DNA of 64,000 nt from a virus. Numbering within the stretch: the stretch's first letter is position 1; each line of letters begins with the position of its first letter. The stretch spans positions 44,585 to 108,584 of IMG/VR virus record IMGVR_UViG_3300002307_000022. One strand, given 5' to 3'. Positions 9,617-18,535 of this stretch are shown piece after piece. Under the pieces are notes generated by a model. That model did no database searches and was not told the DNA's origin. It saw only the letters and a program-made list of their open reading frames with translations. The translations under genes and the position numbers were made by a program.

Positions 9617-10215
9617 CGTAGATCCAAGTATATGTAATTTTCAAATATCTTTTTAGTAACAATAGTACAAGGTAATATTCCATCATAATCATCAAAATCT
9701 ATCTCAATAGATCCATAAACAAATGCTCTCGTATCTATATCAATCTTAGAATAAAGTACGTTAGGATCACCTTCTTCGGTTATATACATTAGGATCCTCT
9801 TGGGCTCGTCCTGAAGTGCTGCACCAAGTTTTGATATCATACTATCAGACAATCTTATGTAAAATTTTTTATTTTTATTATCTTGTCTTATTAGAATATC
9901 CCAATCTATTTCATTAATATCCATCTTTGTTTTTGGGATCTTATGTATAGCATCATTTACATCAAATAGAGGCCAGCCACGTTCTACTTTAGTAAGTTCT
10001 AATTTTCCATTTTTTTCTATCACAGAAAAATCCGATATGTTTCGAGTTTCATCTAACAATAAAGGAGAATCGGTTTCAAAACAAGGAAAAGCATCTTGTT
10101 CTTTATAATTTCTAACGTGTATTACTTTCCTTGTTATTGGATCATAATATACAAAATGCATTTTATTCTGTTGCACATTTTCTAAATTACGTAGTACTTC
10201 AAAAATATCAGTCAT
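9613..10215 (-). CDS. Hypothetical protein
   Basis: ORF track gives 10248 as the start; the ATG at 10215, overlapping the upstream stop (ATGACTGA), is more likely. No motif recognised. Confidence 0.6.
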   Translation of the reverse strand: MTDIFEVLRNLENVQQNKMHFVYYDPITRKVIHVRNYKEQDAFPCFETDSPLLLDETRNISDFSVIEKNGKLELTKVERGWPLFDVNDAIHKIPKTKMDINEIDWDILIRQDNKNKKFYIRLSDSMISKLGAALQDEPKRILMYITEEGDPNVLYSKIDIDTRAFVYGSIEIDFDDYDGILPCTIVTKKIFENYIYLDLR

Positions 10216-11065
10216 TGAGCTTCTCATATAATTCTTCGTATATGGCAATAATATCGTCTGTCAAAAATTCCTTTTCTGTGTAATGGAATACACCTGTCTG
10301 TTGATGATTTCCGATTTTTAAAGATCCTTTTCGATTTAAATAAGTGCCCACTTGATCATTCCAATTTTTTGGAACAACTTGCCAATTTTGTGCGTGTGAT
10401 TTCATATGCGTTAGCGTTGGATAATCTAAACTACTTGTTATTTCATCTTCTATTCCGTGTATCTTTGCTGCTAACGAAAACACTACATCCATTGACAATC
10501 TCTTCGGTGTGCTAATAGGCAAAAACTTCTGAAAAAATGTTTTCCAGTGCAATGTAATCATTTTAACAGTATTCCAATAATCAGAATTAGCATCTGTTTT
10601 TTTAAAATAATAAAACGCACTATATAAATTTGGTAAATTATTATCAATAAATGCTTTTCTATAATGCGAATCATCTGCTATTTCATTACGATATGTCATA
10701 GATTTCGTAACAAAACACATATCATGATTATTAGAAAGATAATTCCACCAATGAGATACATCAGTTAAAAACAACATATCAGCATCTAATAACACAGTTT
10801 CATCATAGGGAGAAACTGTGTATAGTTTCCATCTGTTTTCTATCTTCCATTTTGAAAAATACGCATCATCATTCCAAGGTATTTTTACTATGTTATCAAA
10901 TGCATAAACCCAATGATAGGGGATAGCCTCTGGAATGTCAGTAACTAGTGTTACATTTGAAAGTTCTAATTGAGAGGTTTTAATACTAAGTGCTAACGCA
11001 TACGCCATACGAACATAGTCATCAGTTTTATTATTTTGTGCTAAGATAAGATACCCTTTAGTCAT
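10208..11065 (-). CDS. GT-A fold glycosyltransferase (GT8-like)
   Basis: SPYDETVLLDADMLF (DxD), NLYSAFYYF, MDVVFS and a late His motif. Confidence 0.6.
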   Translation of the reverse strand: MTKGYLILAQNNKTDDYVRMAYALALSIKTSQLELSNVTLVTDIPEAIPYHWVYAFDNIVKIPWNDDAYFSKWKIENRWKLYTVSPYDETVLLDADMLFLTDVSHWWNYLSNNHDMCFVTKSMTYRNEIADDSHYRKAFIDNNLPNLYSAFYYFKKTDANSDYWNTVKMITLHWKTFFQKFLPISTPKRLSMDVVFSLAAKIHGIEDEITSSLDYPTLTHMKSHAQNWQVVPKNWNDQVGTYLNRKGSLKIGNHQQTGVFHYTEKEFLTDDIIAIYEELYEKLND

Positions 11066-11945
11066 TATCTAATACCTCTAATAATTTATCCGCACACCTA
11101 GAAAGACCATATTTGTTCATTATATGGATGTTCTGAGTGTCTATTTTAGATAAAGTATATTCTCCCAATAATCCTTTTTTTTCTATTAAGAATATTAGAT
11201 TATTTTTATTTTTAACTTCTATCAATTCATCCTTATCTAATGTATAATAAATTTGGCAAGGAAGACTTAGAGGTTTTATCTTATTACTAAATCCACTAAG
11301 GATATGGATAGCTATACTAAAAATAAAATCATTCCTTACTAGCGCACTTGGTATTTGACATATGTAACAATAATAATCATAATTTTCTAATATGTGGCGG
11401 CATAAGTTAAAAAATACTTTCATATTTTCTGTCTTAGTAAAGTAGAATGCAGTTGCCCAATAAAAATCTACACTATAATCACTAACTTTTTGAAACTCTG
11501 GAAGAGATCTGTCTCTTGCTAAATCAAAATGATCTCGATTTATCATAAAATCTACATCAGTATCCCAAACTGCTGCTAGTTTGTTGTTTAGTAATAATAA
11601 ATCCGAATCAATTACGAGTGTTTTATGATAAGGAGATAATTCATAACACAGAGTCCTATATCCGTTATTGAATTTACTAATTTTAAAACTTTGTGATCCA
11701 TCCTGGAATCTTCTATTTTGATCTGTAAAAGAGTTTACGTCATCAGTAGTAATAATTTTATCAAAAAATTTTATAGATTCTGGATTAGTTTTTTTCATCC
11801 ACTTTATTGTTCCTTGATCAGTAACAAGACTAACAGGAACATCCAGTTGCTTTTGTGCAAATCGTCCTGCGATATATGCAAATTTTGCATAATCCATTTC
11901 GGTATTATTATGGGCAAATAATAATATTCCCTTAGTGTCGTCCAT
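11058..11945 (-). CDS. GT-A fold glycosyltransferase (paralog of 10208..11065)
   Basis: SPYHKTLVIDSDLLL (DxD), FYWATAFYF, RNDFIFSIA. Confidence 0.6.
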   Translation of the reverse strand: MDDTKGILLFAHNNTEMDYAKFAYIAGRFAQKQLDVPVSLVTDQGTIKWMKKTNPESIKFFDKIITTDDVNSFTDQNRRFQDGSQSFKISKFNNGYRTLCYELSPYHKTLVIDSDLLLLNNKLAAVWDTDVDFMINRDHFDLARDRSLPEFQKVSDYSVDFYWATAFYFTKTENMKVFFNLCRHILENYDYYCYICQIPSALVRNDFIFSIAIHILSGFSNKIKPLSLPCQIYYTLDKDELIEVKNKNNLIFLIEKKGLLGEYTLSKIDTQNIHIMNKYGLSRCADKLLEVLDND

Positions 11946-12296
11946 TTATGCCTCTAGTATCTTGGTTACTGATCTTTTTGCGATTAAATCAGTGTGCGCT
12001 TTATAATATTGATTAGTACTTTCGATATAGATATCGAAAATCTTTTCTAAAAAAGATTCTACATCTGAAATCATATAAGGAATTTCCATATCATCAAGGA
12101 CAACTACATCTTCTGTAAATCCTTTAGAAACTAGTGTAGATAAAAAATTAATAAGTTCACGATTTATAGTAAATCTACGACCATTTTCGTGATGTAAACA
12201 ATTTTCTTTAAAAGTTTGTTTTATTACTTCTTTTTGGTTATTAAATGTAACCATAAAATTTGCAGACTCTAACGCAGTTTTTAGACGATCGTCCAT
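11946..12296 (-). CDS. Hypothetical protein
   Basis: 116-aa ORF with a GGAGG RBS (12306-12310) and typical codon usage. Confidence 0.65.
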   Translation of the reverse strand: MDDRLKTALESANFMVTFNNQKEVIKQTFKENCLHHENGRRFTINRELINFLSTLVSKGFTEDVVVLDDMEIPYMISDVESFLEKIFDIYIESTNQYYKAHTDLIAKRSVTKILEA

Positions 12297-12361
12297 AAGA
12301 AAGTTCCTCCGTATAAGAGTAATTATTATAAAAACACACAGAGGATGCTAGGTATTGAATA

Positions 12362-14017
12362 TTAGACTGAGCGCGGAGTAATAGTTATTGTTCTAGTATA
12401 AGTGCCGCTTTGACTAAAATAAAATGTAAGAGTAATTGTGCCAGTATCATTTCCAAAATTGCCGTTTGTAAAAGATGCAGCGCCTGTGCTATCTAATGTT
12501 AATGGCCCCGAATTAGGGCTACCTGGTGCTGTTGTAGTAAAGTACCAACTTTCGTTTGGTTGTCCGCCAACAACGGACCAGGGGAAAAGAAAATCTTGAG
12601 CTGCGGCTGAAGGAAAGCGCAATTCGAATAGAGATATTTTTCTAACATAATCGCCGCTTTGGCTAAAATAGAATGTTACTGTCCAAATATTTGGATTTCC
12701 AAAAGTTGCACTCGGGTATGATGCTGCGCCGTTAGCATCGAGAGAATTAGTTCCACTTGCAGGTATCCTAACAGTGCCATATAATGCACTATTAGCAACA
12801 GCATACCATGTCTCGTTTGGTTGTCCTCCAGTAACACTCCAACTAAATGGAGCAACTGCATTAGTTGGATAAGTTAATGAAAATACAGATTGTAGTGTAT
12901 TACCTAATAATGTAGTGTTAGTTGTAGTTGGAGCTGTTACAACAACCGAAGATCCTGTTGCTCTTCTTTGAGCTATTGTAGAAGTTAATGTACCAGTAAC
13001 AGTGTCTCCGAACGGATTAGTATGTGTATCAGTAAAACTTATAGTTATATAAACGTATCTAGCTGTACCTGAAGAATTATTAGCTACATTTGATCTTGCT
13101 TTTATTATATAAGTATTAGTTGCATAAGATCCAGATCCTGCTGCTGAAAAAATAGTCTGGTCAGTATTTGTAAGTCCAAAAAATCCAATACTAGATCCTG
13201 TTCCAGACGTGCCTGTTCGAGTTGTGCTATTATAACCAAAAATAACAGTTCCCATATTAGTTAATAAACTAGTCCAATTAGTGTCTTGGGGGGTTCCTGT
13301 TCCGCCAGCTCTAGATGCCGATATGCGTATGTTGCTTCCCGAATTGAAAAAATATTTTCCTTTGTTTGCTGTTGCACTAAAATCTATAGTGAACGCATGA
13401 TAAATTGTAGGAACAGTTCCGCCCCACGCAGTTGTCCTAGTACTAGAAATATCAGGACTATATGATTCATCACTATATTGAGCGAGAGCATATTGATTTG
13501 TAGTTATTGCTGTAACTGCAGGAGGCCACAATGCTGAATCTCTAAAAGTAATAAGGTCGCCAACTGCAATATTACCGCCACTTCTCATTGCTCTAGAAGT
13601 TACACTTTGAGAAGGTGATACTGTCCAAGATAGTCCGCTACCTGCTGTTATATACGTTCCTGGAGTTATTCCGGTTCCCCATAACGGATCTCCAATAGCA
13701 ATAACTCCAGTTACCGAAGACACTGTTAGTGTGCCCGAAACAATAACCCCAGTAAAACTAGCGCCAGTTAGTGATCGGATAGAAGCATTAGATGTTATAC
13801 CTTGGTGATTAGCCGCTATTTTAATATCTGTTGATAGTCGAGCCCAATCTGCTGCTTGAATCTTTGGATTTCCAGTAAGGGGGTAACTATAATAGTTTGA
13901 TCCAGCGACCGGAGTTGCCGAATAAGTTAGCCCGTAACTATCAAGTATAGCAGCCGTGTTTGACTGTAATGTATTATAATCGGCTGCTAATATCTGTGAG
14001 TTTGAGCTTATCGTCAT
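12362..14017 (-). CDS. Virion structural/tail fibre-associated protein with two C-terminal Ig-like repeats
   Basis: T/S/G-rich and paralogous to 14075..15370. It has a tandem ~85-aa repeat (W.V.GGQPNE.WY...FYFSQSG.Y.R.I) and a late promoter upstream. Confidence 0.55.
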   Translation of the reverse strand: MTISSNSQILAADYNTLQSNTAAILDSYGLTYSATPVAGSNYYSYPLTGNPKIQAADWARLSTDIKIAANHQGITSNASIRSLTGASFTGVIVSGTLTVSSVTGVIAIGDPLWGTGITPGTYITAGSGLSWTVSPSQSVTSRAMRSGGNIAVGDLITFRDSALWPPAVTAITTNQYALAQYSDESYSPDISSTRTTAWGGTVPTIYHAFTIDFSATANKGKYFFNSGSNIRISASRAGGTGTPQDTNWTSLLTNMGTVIFGYNSTTRTGTSGTGSSIGFFGLTNTDQTIFSAAGSGSYATNTYIIKARSNVANNSSGTARYVYITISFTDTHTNPFGDTVTGTLTSTIAQRRATGSSVVVTAPTTTNTTLLGNTLQSVFSLTYPTNAVAPFSWSVTGGQPNETWYAVANSALYGTVRIPASGTNSLDANGAASYPSATFGNPNIWTVTFYFSQSGDYVRKISLFELRFPSAAAQDFLFPWSVVGGQPNESWYFTTTAPGSPNSGPLTLDSTGAASFTNGNFGNDTGTITLTFYFSQSGTYTRTITITPRSV

Positions 14018-14037
14018 GATAAATTAATTCCTTATCA

Positions 14038-14045
14038 TATTTATC
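14038..14045 (-). promoter_or_regulatory. Late promoter-like motif GATAAATA
   Basis: About 20 nt upstream of the ATG at 14017. Confidence 0.5.
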
Positions 14046-14074
14046 AAAACATATACTAGTATTATAAGAAAAAA

Positions 14075-15370
14075 TTAAGCTGTTGAGGTATCTGCAACTG
14101 TAACTGTAGCAGCAGTTGCTACTATTGGTCCAGTAATAGATGCTTCTCGTATCTGTATTATAATAGTCTGGGTGCCTTCAGTTAACCCGTCTGCTAATAA
14201 TACCCTAGTAATAGATCCTATATTATTATTAATAACAACAGTGCCAGAGTTTACTCCGTCAGTAAAATCTGCTGCAGATGTGGTTCCTGAATTTGTCCAA
14301 TAAAGTGTAGCTATTCCAACATTAGTGGTAGCAACGGCATATATAACTGTTCCGCCTTCGTTAACAGAAACTATGTTAGGAGAAACTATATATGTTGGAG
14401 CACTCGGTACACTTGCAGATAATAGCTTTGTATTAAGTGCAGTCGGAGCAAGAACACTAACATATGATCCTGATGCTCTACGAATAGTAGTAGTAGACAC
14501 TAGTGTTCCCTGTACTACATCGTGTGCTGAATTTACGTGATAATCATTAAAGTTTATAGTAAAAAATATCTGAGTAGCGCCGCCATTAGTGTTATTTGCT
14601 AAATTACAACTTGCTAATATCTCAAAATTATTTGATCCATATGCCGAAATAGTATAATTTCCAGAACCGTTAACTGAAAAAATAGTTTGAGGAGTAAGTG
14701 TTAGATCGTAAAACCCAATCGACGATCCAGTGACGCCATTACTAGTTTGTCCGTGATCAAATGTTACAAGACCTATACTAGAAAGCAAACCATGCCATGA
14801 TCGATCTTGCGAAGTATCAATAGCATCAAAGCTTGCACTCATCCTTATAGAACTACCGCTATTAAAGAAAAATCTCGCTTGTTCCGATGTAGAAAAATTA
14901 ACAGTAAACGCATGAGTTACTGACGGAATAGCAGCACTTCCCCAGCTAGTTGTCCTAGTATTAGAAATAGAAGCGCCGCCTGAAGTTAATAGATTTTCAT
15001 CACTATATTGTCCAGAGCCAAGCAAAAATTTATTAGTTGTTATATCAGAAATAGCTAATAAGAATAGAGAATAATCATCTGAAGATATGTATATGTCACT
15101 TATATCACCAGCAGTAGGTAGATTTTGTATATTACCATTACTTAAAATCCCCTGATGATGAGCTGTAGTTAGTACATCTAATTTTAAACTTGCCCAATGG
15201 GTAGGAACTATATCGTCTCCAACATTAACAGGAGCACTAACCAATGCTTTGCCATATCCAGATCGCCCGTTACCTACTCCCAATACAGTGTAAACAGCTG
15301 ATTGTAAATCATTGTAACTTTGAGCGGTTATTATGTCTCCATGGTTTATTGTCACTGCTGCTATCTCCAA
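14075..15370 (-). CDS. Virion structural protein with a C-terminal Calx-beta-like domain
   Basis: Shares FFNSG..IR.SAS, W..LL..G...F and I.F.D.H with 12362..14017. C-terminal VSVNEGGTV.Y.V.T...LYW...GT..ADF.....G.V pattern. Confidence 0.55.
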   Translation of the reverse strand: MEIAAVTINHGDIITAQSYNDLQSAVYTVLGVGNGRSGYGKALVSAPVNVGDDIVPTHWASLKLDVLTTAHHQGILSNGNIQNLPTAGDISDIYISSDDYSLFLLAISDITTNKFLLGSGQYSDENLLTSGGASISNTRTTSWGSAAIPSVTHAFTVNFSTSEQARFFFNSGSSIRMSASFDAIDTSQDRSWHGLLSSIGLVTFDHGQTSNGVTGSSIGFYDLTLTPQTIFSVNGSGNYTISAYGSNNFEILASCNLANNTNGGATQIFFTINFNDYHVNSAHDVVQGTLVSTTTIRRASGSYVSVLAPTALNTKLLSASVPSAPTYIVSPNIVSVNEGGTVIYAVATTNVGIATLYWTNSGTTSAADFTDGVNSGTVVINNNIGSITRVLLADGLTEGTQTIIIQIREASITGPIVATAATVTVADTSTA

Positions 15371-15380
15371 GATTCCGTTT

Positions 15381-17132
15381 TTATAATATAACTGCCATTA
15401 CTGTTCCAGATTCGTCGCTGTCTTTATTTTCTAAGCTTTTAGCAAACACAGCGATAGAAGGAACATTTGAATGATCAGCAACTACAGCGTATCCTGGAGT
15501 ACTGCTAGTTACTAATAAATCTCCTTTTTTAACAGAGCCAATTACCTTAACAGGAACTTTTCCTCTTAATGCTACAGGTAATCCGTCACTGTCATTATTC
15601 ATTAAGTATGCTGGCGCAGATGATATAACTCCAGCTACGCTAACATTTGCATAGATATCCGTAATTGTTATTTCTTTTTCTCCGCCAAATATAACAACTG
15701 TGCCTACTTCGTATTCGTTATCACTATCATATTTTTCTGCTAAGTCAGCATACTTGGCCCTTGTTGCTGTTCCTGTAATAATATTTGATGAAAAATTGCC
15801 GCTAGCATCTCTTGCTACTATCGAGTTAACTACGTTAGTGTCTGTAGCAGATACATAATTTGTGCCAAGGCTATTAAAATCATAAAGTACTGTATTAGAT
15901 TTAGTTGAAGTTCCTGAAAGTGATCCATAATACGTAGTAGATGCATTGCCTACAGTAGTAACATTTATGGTAGATGCAGTTAATGCATTAACTGCTGTGT
16001 TAGCATTACTATCTCTAGCCATAACAGAATTGGCAGTTGCGGTAGATAATGCAGCTACGTATAATCCGTTATATAGAACTGTATTTGCTTTATCAGCAGT
16101 ACCACTGATACTTCCGTGTACTGTTCCATAAATATCGTTTGAGTGTATTGTTCCTGCCCAAATATTATTCCAACGAAGTGTGCTGGATCCTAAATCGTAT
16201 GCAATATCGGAACCCGGATTAACATTGATAGAATTTAAAACTAATGGATTCCTAACAGTTGCACTACTAGTATCTTTTACTTTGAAAGAAATTAACGACC
16301 CAAGTTGATTTTGTATAGTTGGAATTCTTCCTGACCCAGTGTCTATATACACATTTAAATCATTAGTTGTTGTACCAACAGTTAATCCCACATCTGGAAA
16401 ATGCCCTGCTCCAGTAAAAGTCGGAGTACTAGCTTTTACAAATGATGCTGCTGGAACAGTAACGCCTGAGATATTTAATCCATCAGCCGTTGTAGCTGTT
16501 CCCCAAAATCTATAATCTGTAGTAGTAAGACCACTAGTGCTATTTCTTAAAGTTATACCTTGGCTTATAGCTGAAAATCCAGTTATAGGATTAATAGTGC
16601 TGTCTAATGTAAAAGTATCGCTACTCATTATAAAAGTAACTACTTGATTTACATATCCTAAAATTATAGTATGTGATAGTGTGTCTGTACCTACTACGTT
16701 AACTGTTTCTAGTCCTGCTTGTCCTGCTCCACTCACAGATTGTGGACCTATTAATGTAGTAGTTTGATCAGAATTAAAAACATAAAGTTGCTTAGTATCA
16801 GTGGTGTACCAAAGATCTCCTTGGGTTAATCCGCCAGGAGGAGATGCAGCACTAGAAGTAGTAGTTCCGCCTGTAGTCCTCCAATTTTGATTTTTATCGT
16901 AGAACTTTAATTTATTATTTCCGCTATCATACCACATTTGTCCAGGAATAGCTTTTGGTGGGCTAGACGTGTTAGCAAAGTTTTCTAAAAGATAAACGTA
17001 ATTGTCATTTTGTATAGTACCATACCCGGCATAATTTTTACCGACTAGTTTTAGATCAGTTGTCTGATCAAGTGTGCCGTCCTCCACAGTGGCTAATGGT
17101 GTACCAGAAAAGTGGGTAATTTGATATGGCAT
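15381..17132 (-). CDS. Tail fibre-like protein with a C-terminal autoprocessing/chaperone-like domain
   Basis: N-terminal L.L.GKNY.GYG...N...LLENFA...GQ.W module; C-terminal YADLAEKY...GTVV.FGG.KE...PVAL.G.VPVKV.G...KGDLLV.S (peptidase G2/IMC-like). Confidence 0.6.
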   Translation of the reverse strand: MPYQITHFSGTPLATVEDGTLDQTTDLKLVGKNYAGYGTIQNDNYVYLLENFANTSSPPKAIPGQMWYDSGNNKLKFYDKNQNWRTTGGTTTSSAASPPGGLTQGDLWYTTDTKQLYVFNSDQTTTLIGPQSVSGAGQAGLETVNVVGTDTLSHTIILGYVNQVVTFIMSSDTFTLDSTINPITGFSAISQGITLRNSTSGLTTTDYRFWGTATTADGLNISGVTVPAASFVKASTPTFTGAGHFPDVGLTVGTTTNDLNVYIDTGSGRIPTIQNQLGSLISFKVKDTSSATVRNPLVLNSINVNPGSDIAYDLGSSTLRWNNIWAGTIHSNDIYGTVHGSISGTADKANTVLYNGLYVAALSTATANSVMARDSNANTAVNALTASTINVTTVGNASTTYYGSLSGTSTKSNTVLYDFNSLGTNYVSATDTNVVNSIVARDASGNFSSNIITGTATRAKYADLAEKYDSDNEYEVGTVVIFGGEKEITITDIYANVSVAGVISSAPAYLMNNDSDGLPVALRGKVPVKVIGSVKKGDLLVTSSTPGYAVVADHSNVPSIAVFAKSLENKDSDESGTVMAVIL

Positions 17133-17161
17133 TCTATAACTCCTGAATCATATGTTTAAGA

Positions 17162-17169
17162 TATTTATC
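17162..17169 (-). promoter_or_regulatory. Late promoter-like motif GATAAATA
   Basis: About 30 nt upstream of the ATG at 17132, overlapping the upstream stop codon. Confidence 0.45.
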
Positions 17170-18535
17170 ATATACTGCTTGTTAAATCTTCCATGAGTAC
17201 CCAATGACCTTCCACAATGTGGAATTTTTTAAGGCTACGTTCAACAGTCCTATCTTGGAAATTTATATGCTGTATATGTATTATGGCTAATTTAGTTGGA
17301 TAATAACTAGCAGGCGGTGCTACGTCAGTGAGCAATAATGCGATATTTCCATTAACGTCTGCTTCTAATCCGTTATCAATAAACGTTAACACAAGTGTAG
17401 ATGCTAAGATACTGTCATCTACATATAATTTATTAGTAGCATCATTATCCGATATAGGTGTTCCTAATCCGGTTATTTTTGGAGAATTTAATAAAATTAT
17501 ATTACCAGAATTACTTGTGGATAATTGTATCGAGCTGTTACTAGCTATCTTATTAGTACTAATAGTCAATGCACCGATCGTAGAAGAAGTAGTAACTGTT
17601 AAATTAGTCGTTCTTGTTGTACCAGTTACATCTAATTCTGTTTGAGGAGTATTGTTCTGTATACCTACCCTATTATGGGCGCCATCGACAAGTACTACAT
17701 TATGTTGATTTCCGTCATCATCGGTGGTTCTTAATGCAATATATCCGCCAGTTGCATTGTTTTGTACTGCTACTGTTGCAGTTGATTCGGGAACATAAAA
17801 CGACCCTATGCTTGAATCACCTACTGTTAGTCCGGCATTTTTTTGTATATACAAAGAACCTGAAGTAATTTGATCCCTGTCTAATTTCATATAGATATCA
17901 CTAGTTAAACCGTTAAGTTTTTTAGAATTATCAACTGTGGTTAAAAACGGTAAATCAAAAGTATCACTAGTGTTGAATCCTTTTTTAAGAGCTCCAAATC
18001 CTGGAATTGCTGGGTAAGGTACAAAATCCATGTCAGTTAATACTGCAAATATATCATTTGCAATATATAGGATAGAAACTACATTTGAATTTCCGTTTGA
18101 ATCAAAAATAGTTTCTACTTGAAAACCGCATATTCCTTGGGTTTTTCCGTATATTGGTCCAGATAAAATTAGATTAGTACCATCATAAAAATAAAGTTGA
18201 TCATTCCTGCTATCAATCCACAAATCTCCTGTGGTAAGATTTAATGGTTGTGTATCACTTACTATTGGTCCCGAGGCTGATCGCCAACCACTTATTGTAT
18301 AAACTTCTATATTATTAGTTGCAGAATTAAACCAAAGTTGGCCAAATAACGGCTTACTTGGCGGAGTTATGCCTGCAAAGTTTTCTAATAACTTGACCAT
18401 ATTTTCATTATAAAATGCGCCAAATCCAGTATAATTCCTACCAATAAGTGTTAAATCAGTAGAAATAGTATCTGCTGTACCGTCTAGCAAAGTAACTAGA
18501 GTATTTCCGTTGGAAAGTGTAATAGTGTATGACAT
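17168..18535 (-). CDS. Tail fibre/baseplate-associated protein (paralog of its neighbours)
   Basis: Same N-terminal module (LTLIGRNYTGFG...LLENFA...GQLW...GDLW); DATNKLYVD fibre motif. Confidence 0.55.
   Translation of the reverse strand: MSYTITLSNGNTLVTLLDGTADTISTDLTLIGRNYTGFGAFYNENMVKLLENFAGITPPSKPLFGQLWFNSATNNIEVYTISGWRSASGPIVSDTQPLNLTTGDLWIDSRNDQLYFYDGTNLILSGPIYGKTQGICGFQVETIFDSNGNSNVVSILYIANDIFAVLTDMDFVPYPAIPGFGALKKGFNTSDTFDLPFLTTVDNSKKLNGLTSDIYMKLDRDQITSGSLYIQKNAGLTVGDSSIGSFYVPESTATVAVQNNATGGYIALRTTDDDGNQHNVVLVDGAHNRVGIQNNTPQTELDVTGTTRTTNLTVTTSSTIGALTISTNKIASNSSIQLSTSNSGNIILLNSPKITGLGTPISDNDATNKLYVDDSILASTLVLTFIDNGLEADVNGNIALLLTDVAPPASYYPTKLAIIHIQHINFQDRTVERSLKKFHIVEGHWVLMEDLTSSI

Noticed and set aside
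12380-12890. DGR template/variable repeat pair
   Set aside because: The two repeats are both in-frame coding and diverge at all base types, not only adenines, and no reverse transcriptase is present in the window.
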